From an uncultured Clostridium sp. (GTDB lineage: Bacteria > Bacillota > Clostridia > Oscillospirales > CAG-272): DNA of 32,630 bases. Of this stretch, positions 6,592-13,654 are shown piece after piece. Every line of letters starts with the position of its first letter. The first letter of the stretch is position 1. The stretch covers positions 1-32,630 of the forward strand of contig CAZMAZ010000004.1 in NCBI GenBank assembly GCA_964564255.1, read 5' to 3'. Both the position numbers and the translations under genes were made by a program. The notes under the pieces were generated by a model, which was not told the DNA's origin, did not search any database, and saw nothing but the letters and a program-made list of their open reading frames with translations.

Positions 6592-7761
6592 TCACCCTTT
6601 CACGACCGCTAACGGTCTTAGTTTTACGAGAATTTCAACGAGATCTTTCTGCTCTTCCATTACAACGTCGATATCTTTGTATGCTCCGGGAGCTTCGTCA
6701 AGATCGTTGATGCTGGAAATACTATGAACAATTCCTTTACTTTCCATTTCTTCCTGAACCTTGGAAAGTTCGAAAGTTTGCTTCGCTTTCATCCGGGACA
6801 TCTTTCTTCCTGCGCCATGCGAGCAGGAGCAGAGGGACGCTTCATTCCCTTTACCCTTGACAATGTATGAGAACGAACCTTGTGACCCTGGAATAATCCC
6901 GAGAACTCCTTCTCTGGCAAGAGTAGCCCCTTTACGGTGAACAATTACATCTTTGCTGTAGTGATGCTCAAACGCGGCGTAATTATGATGAATTGAAATT
7001 CCGTGGAATGGTACCATTTCCGGAATATGTTTTTGGATAGCGCATTTTACAGAGTGGGCTATCTCTGACCTATTCTGTTCCGCAAAGGCAAGGCAAAGAT
7101 TCATTTCTGCCCAATATTGTTCGAATAATTCTTCCCCTCTGGGGATGAACGCAAGATCATTTTTTACAATATCGTTGTAATACCAACGTTTGCAAAGTTC
7201 TCTTGCTTTTTCAATATAAAAATCTGCAACTTTCTTTCCGAGATTTCGAGAACCTGAATGAATCATAAACCAAACGTGACCGTCGTCCCCGTATTGGATT
7301 TCAATGAAATGATTTCCTCCACCAAGAGTCCCTAATTGGAGTCGAGCATGATCTAACTCATCAAAGCAAATTGGAGCAGATGCCGATCCTTCTTCGTACC
7401 AATGAACTTGATCAAAGAATTCCGTTTCAACAGGTTCTTTATGCCAAGTCTGACCAAGTGGAACTTTCGAGTGAATTGTTCCAACAATCTTTTCTAAAAC
7501 AGAACGTTCTGGAATTTCTGTCAAATTGGTTTTTACTGCCAGCATACCGCAGCCGATATCTACACCGATCGCATTTGGGCAAACGGCGTTTTCTAAAGCA
7601 ATTACACCACCAATCGGCATACCGTACCCTTCATGTGTATCAGGCATCAAACAAACATTTCCGATGAGACAAGGAAGTTGAGAAAGGTTTCGAGCTTGTT
7701 CAATCGCTCCCGGTTCCGGACTCATGCACCAAGACAAGATTCTATCGCCATATTTAATCAT
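6592..7761 (-). CDS. rtcB: RtcB 3'-phosphate/5'-hydroxyl RNA ligase
   Basis: Hallmark motifs are MPDTHEGYGMPIGG, GCGM, GGGNHFIE, HSGSRNLG, HHNYA, HRKGAT and CSHGAGR. The start is probably ATG 7761 with AAGGA 9 nt upstream. The track ORF extends to TTG 7779. Confidence 0.9.
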   Translation of the reverse strand: MIKYGDRILSWCMSPEPGAIEQARNLSQLPCLIGNVCLMPDTHEGYGMPIGGVIALENAVCPNAIGVDIGCGMLAVKTNLTEIPERSVLEKIVGTIHSKVPLGQTWHKEPVETEFFDQVHWYEEGSASAPICFDELDHARLQLGTLGGGNHFIEIQYGDDGHVWFMIHSGSRNLGKKVADFYIEKARELCKRWYYNDIVKNDLAFIPRGEELFEQYWAEMNLCLAFAEQNRSEIAHSVKCAIQKHIPEMVPFHGISIHHNYAAFEHHYSKDVIVHRKGATLAREGVLGIIPGSQGSFSYIVKGKGNEASLCSCSHGAGRKMSRMKAKQTFELSKVQEEMESKGIVHSISSINDLDEAPGAYKDIDVVMEEQKDLVEILVKLRPLAVVKG

Positions 7762-7784
7762 GATCAGTATTCCTTTCAAGATTC

Positions 7785-8081
7785 TTAATTAAAATCAATC
7801 CAAGAAATTTTAAAACACAACTCTCCCAGCTTTCGAGCAGTTCCAAATTCAACTCTGTAGCCATATTTTTGAGTTAGAATTGCCTTGAAGATATTGCCAG
7901 AGTTGTTTTTCAAATGGTTTTCGAATGGAGCTTTGCGTGTGGTAACATAGAAAGCAATCTTATTCTTTCCTTCGTTTGAAGCTTTTCTGATTTCGCTTTC
8001 AACTTTCGCGAACAAATCTTCGTGTTTGTTCTCAAAAGACTCAAAGACATATTTAGCAATATCGTTTGCATGTGTTATCAT
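7785..8081 (-). CDS. hypothetical protein (98 aa)
   Basis: ATG 8081 overlaps the upstream TAA (TAATG coupling). The track's longer start at 8102 is unlikely. Confidence 0.6.
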   Translation of the reverse strand: MITHANDIAKYVFESFENKHEDLFAKVESEIRKASNEGKNKIAFYVTTRKAPFENHLKNNSGNIFKAILTQKYGYRVEFGTARKLGELCFKISWIDFN

Positions 8082-8353
8082 TATCTGTTCTCCGGGTAAC
8101 AATCAAATTCGATGATAATGGTATCTTCTTTCTCACAGAGATGACCGTTACAGAAACAACCACGATAGTAAAAATTTACATCACCATCATGTTCTTTCAA
8201 GTAATTGAGGAGTCTCAAATCTTTTGTTTCCATATAACCTGAACGGAAACAGATTTCATCTGATTTAAGATGTTCAGCCTTGTAGTCCGTCATACTTTTT
8301 AAGACTGCAATAGCATACTTCTTGTCAAGATAATTTTGGAACCATTTCTTCAT
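8081..8353 (-). CDS. hypothetical Cys-containing protein (90 aa)
   Basis: ORF-track entry, coupled to the downstream gene. Confidence 0.6.
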   Translation of the reverse strand: MKKWFQNYLDKKYAIAVLKSMTDYKAEHLKSDEICFRSGYMETKDLRLLNYLKEHDGDVNFYYRGCFCNGHLCEKEDTIIIEFDCYPENR

Positions 8354-8407
8354 TTCAAATCCCTTTCGGTCTGCTTAGATTCTGTAATTGTATGAAGCAT
8401 TTGAGGA

Positions 8408-8866
8408 CTATGGCTTGATTTTATATTCCTCTACCTTGAAATCCCCACAAGTTTCACACTTAAATTCAATCGTAACAACATAATGAGAAACGCTTCCAAA
8501 GAATTTGACTCGTGTTTTCTCCCGATTCGTTTCCACCCATTTATGTTGATGGAGAAATTTGTTCAGAATTTTTTCAAGTAGCGTTTCTTGAATTCCTGAC
8601 TCTCTTAAATATTCTTTACTAGAACTGCCTACCGCGTGAAGGTAGGCAGCAATGTCGCCAAGTCTCAAATCTTCATCTTCTCCATGCTCAATATAGTAAA
8701 TGCGCTTCAAAGGAATACCAGATTTTTCGGCAACTTGTTTTTGAGTCAAACCCGACTTTGCTCTCTTTCCTATCATATACGAAACAAGGTGACAACATTT
8801 ATCTTTGAATTCTTTTTGAAGTTTCGAATCATTCACTAACTTAAGAAGTTGTTTTTTAATTACCAT
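8408..8866 (-). CDS. XRE-family helix-turn-helix protein with a C-terminal extension
   Basis: GLTQKQVAEKSGIPLKRIYYIEHGE is a typical HTH_3 (Cro/C1) motif. The start overlaps the stop of the upstream ATPase gene (8860-8866). It ends in TAG. Confidence 0.7.
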   Translation of the reverse strand: MVIKKQLLKLVNDSKLQKEFKDKCCHLVSYMIGKRAKSGLTQKQVAEKSGIPLKRIYYIEHGEDEDLRLGDIAAYLHAVGSSSKEYLRESGIQETLLEKILNKFLHQHKWVETNREKTRVKFFGSVSHYVVTIEFKCETCGDFKVEEYKIKP

Positions 8867-9723
8867 TCATCATCCCCTCTTGTTAATTCAAATTGTTCTA
8901 TTTCATAAGATTCCAAAATCTTAAAAAATCCGTGTTTAACAAAGAACTCACTTTCTTTCAGAAGTTGTTTCTTGTTTCGCTCCATTTCTTTGATCGCTGC
9001 TTTTTCTGCAATCTCTTTCTTGCGATATTCTTTCGCGCGAGAACAAGAATCAATTACATTCCCAACAGCTTTTCCCAGATAACAAGCTGTATTGGAATTT
9101 GCAACTTTGAATTTTACCCGATATCGAACATTTTTCTCAAAATGGTCTACGACCTTCAATTTCTTTCGAGTCTTCTGAGAACGAAGAAAATTCCTTGTCT
9201 TCATCCAACGTTTGTGTTCGATGGAAAGAATTTCCGGAACCATCTCCATCATAGTTTGAGAATGAATCGCGGCAATAATCTGGCATCCATTTTCGAGCAT
9301 TTTTTGGAAAATTTCAAAAAGACGATAACATGAACGAATACTTAACGCCTGATCTGGCTCATCAAAAATAAAAAGAGTGTTCTTGAGTTCGGCAAAACCG
9401 TTAACAAAAGTGTTCATATTCGTTTCACCATGAGACATGTAGCGAGAAAAAATGGAAAAGAAAGATACTCTACTTTTATCATTAAGTGTTCTGGGATTGT
9501 CTTTTTCAAAATCAACAAACAAGAAACGTTCAAGTCCAGATTCATCCACAATATATTTCAAATGGCAATCATGCTTTTGAATGGCTTCTTTTAGCTCCTG
9601 TAGGAGCGTTGTTTTCCCCGATCCATTATCTCCTACGATAAACGTTAAAGGACGGATAGAATACGTTTCTCCTGTCCTAAAGAGCTTTCGTATAGGTTTT
9701 TCAATTTTAATTTCTGTGATCAT
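8860..9723 (-). CDS. small ABC-type (AAA_21-like) ATPase, stand-alone
   Basis: Walker A is GDNGSGKTTLL, the signature-like motif is MSHGE, Walker B is LFIFDEPDQALS and the H-loop is AAIHSQ. A basic C-terminal tail of about 90 aa follows. Confidence 0.75.
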   Translation of the reverse strand: MITEIKIEKPIRKLFRTGETYSIRPLTFIVGDNGSGKTTLLQELKEAIQKHDCHLKYIVDESGLERFLFVDFEKDNPRTLNDKSRVSFFSIFSRYMSHGETNMNTFVNGFAELKNTLFIFDEPDQALSIRSCYRLFEIFQKMLENGCQIIAAIHSQTMMEMVPEILSIEHKRWMKTRNFLRSQKTRKKLKVVDHFEKNVRYRVKFKVANSNTACYLGKAVGNVIDSCSRAKEYRKKEIAEKAAIKEMERNKKQLLKESEFFVKHGFFKILESYEIEQFELTRGDDEW

Positions 9724-9726
9724 TAT

Positions 9727-10176
9727 TCACCACTTTAAAAGTTTTCCACTCTCGTCTTTTACCTCTTCAAAATTCTTTTCAAGAGTCCCTTTACAGTATG
9801 AATTCCAATTACTCCGTAGATCGTTTGTATACCCCTCAAGAGTCCCATGATTCGTATAGTAACTCATGATGGACTCTGCACGGATCGAGAACAAATTATA
9901 TTCAGTATAATAACATCCGCAAGCCGTGTATTCCCCATTGTTAAAACTCCATACTAACGGCTTGAATCCGCACTTTGGGCAACGTTCCCATGTTTGAACA
10001 TCCTCAGGAATCTTATAGAAAGAAAAATCTCTGATCTTCAAATTCACTGGAAAAGGATTGATATTCAAAATCCTGAAAACAAAATCAAAATCTTTACACT
10101 TAGAAAGTCTTCCAAGAATCTTTTCCGCTTCAGTTCCCTGAAGCAGTTTTTCAATCGCTATCCCATCAAGGTTCAT
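9727..10176 (-). CDS. zinc-ribbon protein with a partial Lar-like signature
   Basis: It contains RCPKCGFKPLVWSFNNGEYTACGC...DLRSNWNSY. The start overlaps the upstream exonuclease stop (ATGA). Confidence 0.55.
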   Translation of the reverse strand: MNLDGIAIEKLLQGTEAEKILGRLSKCKDFDFVFRILNINPFPVNLKIRDFSFYKIPEDVQTWERCPKCGFKPLVWSFNNGEYTACGCYYTEYNLFSIRAESIMSYYTNHGTLEGYTNDLRSNWNSYCKGTLEKNFEEVKDESGKLLKW

Positions 10177-10841
10177 TTTCTTTTTTCTTTATCAACAAGT
10201 TTTTCTTGCATCTGTTTTTCAACGATTTCCCATTCAAAATCATCCAACGGAATCGGCTTTGAATTGTTCCAACATTTTTTCAAGACTTCGAAAGTCAGAT
10301 AAACGTCTTCCATTGAGTCGTGAAGTTTATCAAACGGAACTTTTGCTCCGAGCATTTCAGCTACGCTGCCAAGTTTGAAGTTCCGCATATACGGTCGAAC
10401 GTTTGCGAGAATCCTTGTTGCATCGGACATGAGATCGATCGTATTCACCCAGAACCAAGACCCGAAATATTTATCACCACAATCAGTAAACCACTGCCGA
10501 AGAACTTCTTTATCGAACTGGACATTATACCCGATCATAGTAAACTTGTCTTCTGGATCGAATTTGTCGACATTCTTTCCAAGTAACAAAATAAACTGCT
10601 TGAAAATTTCCAAAGGGTCTGGATAGGAACGGAGTTGTTCTATCGTAAGATTTCCGATCGCCAATGCGCTTTTCACGACCTCTTTTCCTTTGAACGGTCG
10701 GACTCGATAGTCAAACTTGTCCAAAACCAAAAAACGATTTTCCTCTTGGTCATAATCTAAAACCAACCCAGACAACTGGTGAAGTCCGCATACAGCCGTA
10801 TTCACGCTTGTTGTTTCTGTATCATAAAGAAGATATTTCAT
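10173..10841 (-). CDS. DEDDh 3'-5' exonuclease (DnaQ/epsilon-like)
   Basis: Exo I is LLYDTETTS, Exo II is GYNVQFDKEVL and Exo III is HDSMEDV, in the canonical order and spacing. Confidence 0.8.
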   Translation of the reverse strand: MKYLLYDTETTSVNTAVCGLHQLSGLVLDYDQEENRFLVLDKFDYRVRPFKGKEVVKSALAIGNLTIEQLRSYPDPLEIFKQFILLLGKNVDKFDPEDKFTMIGYNVQFDKEVLRQWFTDCGDKYFGSWFWVNTIDLMSDATRILANVRPYMRNFKLGSVAEMLGAKVPFDKLHDSMEDVYLTFEVLKKCWNNSKPIPLDDFEWEIVEKQMQEKLVDKEKRK

Positions 10842-11173
10842 ACTGCACCTTTTGACAATGCTTTTACAATTTCAGATTTGGAAACTTTTTGCATCTGACC
10901 ATCAAGAAAAATCCCGTGCCAGGACACAGAATTACCACCTCGAAAATCTTTCTGACCGTAAGCGACATAGTCGCCATCAGAAAAGTAACCCATAATAACT
11001 CCACCGCTGCCTTGTTCCTCTTCGTCCGGAACAAAAGCCTCTTCGATAAAATTATATTTCAACTTCACTGATCCCGGAATCCCTTCCAGCTTAGCAAGCC
11101 AAGGTCGACCGTATCGTCGATGGTTATAGGCTCCGAACTTTGCCACTGTTACCAATACAGGCTCTTTGTTCAT
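10838..11173 (-). CDS. hypothetical protein (111 aa)
   Basis: ORF-track entry. It has an ATGA overlap with the downstream exonuclease gene and AAGAAAGG upstream of its ATG. Confidence 0.6.
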   Translation of the reverse strand: MNKEPVLVTVAKFGAYNHRRYGRPWLAKLEGIPGSVKLKYNFIEEAFVPDEEEQGSGGVIMGYFSDGDYVAYGQKDFRGGNSVSWHGIFLDGQMQKVSKSEIVKALSKGAV

Positions 11174-11256
11174 TTTTTACCTTTCTTACAATTTGATGTT
11201 GGTTGATTTCTGTAGTATATGAACCGTTCTCTGATTTGCGGCGATTTCATCTACAG

Positions 11257-11282
11257 AAAAAGTGCCGGATTTTCACCGGCAC
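11257..11282 (-). terminator. rho-independent terminator (minus strand)
   Basis: GTGCCGG (11262-11268) pairs with CCGGCAC (11276-11282) around a 7-nt loop. On the minus strand the hairpin is followed by T5 (11257-11261). It lies 18 nt after the stop of gene 11300-11797. Confidence 0.65.
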
Positions 11283-11299
11283 GATCTTATTTTCTGTAA

Positions 11300-11797
11300 T
11301 TATTCTTCCGCTGTAGGAACTGCCGGGGGATTTGGACTCAAGATGTTTCTCATGTCACTCTTATTAAGGAGCTTTAGGGTATCATCAGGAATTTCACGGT
11401 TAAGGAAGACACTGAGACCGTTTTCTGTTTCACTTACGCAAGTGTAGGAACTACCGCAGTTCACATTGCTTTTCTTCCAACGAGTGAGTCGTTGAAAGGT
11501 TTTAGGATTCATTGCAATGCCGACATAATTGAGCATGCTGAGTTCACGAGCTGTCGGAAACGGTAATTTGTTCTTTCCGTTCCAAAGAGCGATCGCACAT
11601 TCAAAGTTTTTGATACTGGGTGTTTTGTGATTTTCCTGGCAAGAACATGCGAAAGAACTTGCAATTTCTCCGTCAAAAATTTCACGGATGAGAATTGGCA
11701 AATCTCCACAGTGCTTGCAAGGAATGATTTCTTCGATTTCCTTCGTTTGGAAATACCCGATTTTCTTGTGGAACGAACAGTTCTTTTCTTTCGTCAT
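11300..11797 (-). CDS. protein with an N-terminal Lar-like (restriction-alleviation) zinc ribbon and an unknown C-terminal domain
   Basis: It contains IIPCKHCGDLPILIREIFDGEIASSFACSCQ...ECAIALWNGKN, which gives CxxCG, CxC and AIxxWN in Lar-like order. Confidence 0.6.
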   Translation of the reverse strand: MTKEKNCSFHKKIGYFQTKEIEEIIPCKHCGDLPILIREIFDGEIASSFACSCQENHKTPSIKNFECAIALWNGKNKLPFPTARELSMLNYVGIAMNPKTFQRLTRWKKSNVNCGSSYTCVSETENGLSVFLNREIPDDTLKLLNKSDMRNILSPNPPAVPTAEE

Positions 11798-11882
11798 GAT
11801 AATCTCCTTTGACTATTATTTGTTACGCTTCAATCATTTAAAGCTCTGGAGATTTATGAACTGAATTGAGAACCTAAATGAA

Positions 11883-12632
11883 TTATTTCCAATTTATAGG
11901 TTGTAAGGAAGTTCCTGGAGCAAATACGGCATAAGCAAAACCGCCATTATTATTATCAGCGTGATTGTGGCGACGCATTCCCGCCCCCGTTCCTCCGCCA
12001 GAAAAGTCGATTGCGATATTACCTTCTTGAACCATTAAGACGTAAACTTGCTGAACCACCGGAGTCACGAATTGTTTTGCATCATTAGCCGACCCCCCAA
12101 CAGTTCTCAGTCGTTCCCAAGTAACCTGGGCAGAGCAGAGAAGTTTGATAGAGTAGTTATCCAAGTCAACTTCTTCAAGTTTGTCGTTTTCAAACTTTAG
12201 AATCTTTGTTCTATCGTATTCGAAAGCCCCAAGAGAATCTTTCTTCAAAGTATTATTTTTTTCTGACAAATTTGTCCAGAAAATGATATTCACTCCCGGA
12301 CGACCTGGTAAGTTTCCGAGCGTTGGAGTTATCACTTCGTACAAAGGGGAAATGATTTGTGTAGTATCCCCTGCCGCATCATAGTAAACAAATGGAACAA
12401 CCCTCGGAGTTGCTTCCAGAATACCGTTAGGTAAATATCGAGCGTAATGTAATGCCCGATACTTTTTCTTTTTTTCAATTTCTGAAAATTCAATCCGGTA
12501 CTTTGACTTTTCGATATGCTTCTCGTAGTAATTGATTGTTGCCTTATTTTCTATTTCTGCATTAAAAAAAGCATAGACGTCACCATTGGGCGCAGACAAT
12601 GTACAAGCAGTTCTTCCGACGTCAGCTATCAT
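11883..12632 (-). CDS. virion structural protein candidate (tail fibre or baseplate-like), function unassigned
   Basis: It has an ATGA overlap with the upstream gene and a Gly/Asn/Thr-rich, beta-type composition. It sits in a coupled block with the 895-aa protein. Confidence 0.5.
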   Translation of the reverse strand: MIADVGRTACTLSAPNGDVYAFFNAEIENKATINYYEKHIEKSKYRIEFSEIEKKKKYRALHYARYLPNGILEATPRVVPFVYYDAAGDTTQIISPLYEVITPTLGNLPGRPGVNIIFWTNLSEKNNTLKKDSLGAFEYDRTKILKFENDKLEEVDLDNYSIKLLCSAQVTWERLRTVGGSANDAKQFVTPVVQQVYVLMVQEGNIAIDFSGGGTGAGMRRHNHADNNNGGFAYAVFAPGTSLQPINWK

Positions 12633-13429
12633 GCGAAAGTTCCTTCAATTTTCAAAACAATCTTTTTCCCGAGAGTCCCGGAATTGGTAACGGAAATTGC
12701 ATTCCCTTCAATTTTACAAGCGACTGTCCCAACCGTTGTTTCCTCCACCATTGCTGTAACAAATAACGGTGTTAGTCCTTCAATTTGAACAACAGTTGGG
12801 GTTGATCCGGTGCTACTCTCAATTGTAAAATAAACGTAAGGATAAATATCGTGATTTTTAACTTTCAAAGAACTCAACACCTCCAGAATACTCTGATGGA
12901 GCGTTGTTCCGTGAGGATTTGTCGAGTCCATCGTGTGGGCCGCAATGTTAGTTAAATACTGCTTGTCAGTATCAGTGTCAAGAACAGGATTCGTGGCAGT
13001 GCAGTCAACTGTAGCGAGTAACAAATGCCGCACATCATCAATCGGTGTTTCGCTCAAAACAATACGGCAAAGAGAAGGATCAACATCCATTCCTTCTTCA
13101 ACGGCAAAGAGGTAAATATAATTCATCTTCTCTGACTGAAGTTGTACCGTTATAGGTTCCTCACGGTATGCCAAACGGTAATTCACGATAGCCATTATTA
13201 CGAATTCCGTTCCTGCGGTAGTAATCGAAAGAGCATGGGTTCCAGCAGATTCCCCTGCAATCAATGTATATTCTGCGTCTTCAATAATTGCTTTTGCAGC
13301 ACCGTAAGTGGCAACATAAAGTAAATTATCGATAATTTTCGCCCTGCGTTCTTCTTCCGCTTCTGTCAAGTAATCATTCACTTTCATATACGGAAGACGG
13401 TAAAAAGGGGTCTTTCCACTGTATGCCAT
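12629..13429 (-). CDS. virion structural protein candidate, function unassigned
   Basis: ORF-track entry in the coupled structural-looking block. It is Thr/Val/Ile-rich. Confidence 0.5.
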   Translation of the reverse strand: MAYSGKTPFYRLPYMKVNDYLTEAEEERRAKIIDNLLYVATYGAAKAIIEDAEYTLIAGESAGTHALSITTAGTEFVIMAIVNYRLAYREEPITVQLQSEKMNYIYLFAVEEGMDVDPSLCRIVLSETPIDDVRHLLLATVDCTATNPVLDTDTDKQYLTNIAAHTMDSTNPHGTTLHQSILEVLSSLKVKNHDIYPYVYFTIESSTGSTPTVVQIEGLTPLFVTAMVEETTVGTVACKIEGNAISVTNSGTLGKKIVLKIEGTFA

Positions 13430-13432
13430 TTA

Positions 13433-13654
13433 TCACCTACATCTTTCTATATTTTCTGGAATTGTTTCTGTATCATCAAGCAAGCGGCACTGAGTTGCTC
13501 CACATTCAATTCTCGTTAAAAGCGGTTCCTGTTGACGTTCACTGGAATTGTTTGCCCGATAAGAACTTCCAAATGTCGCCATGTTATAACTTGTCTGGAG
13601 ATTTTGTTCGGACATTTTTCCTTGATAAAAATCGTATAAAGACGTACCCTTCAT
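13433..13654 (-). CDS. hypothetical small protein (73 aa) in the structural block
   Basis: It has an ATGA overlap with the stop of the 895-aa gene and ends 3 nt before the next start. Confidence 0.5.
   Translation of the reverse strand: MKGTSLYDFYQGKMSEQNLQTSYNMATFGSSYRANNSSERQQEPLLTRIECGATQCRLLDDTETIPENIERCR

Noticed and set aside
11883-13429. A diversity-generating retroelement target in the putative fibre genes.
   Set aside because: There is no reverse transcriptase and I noticed no template-repeat/variable-repeat pair. There is no C-type-lectin-like terminal motif. Asn-richness alone is not sufficient.
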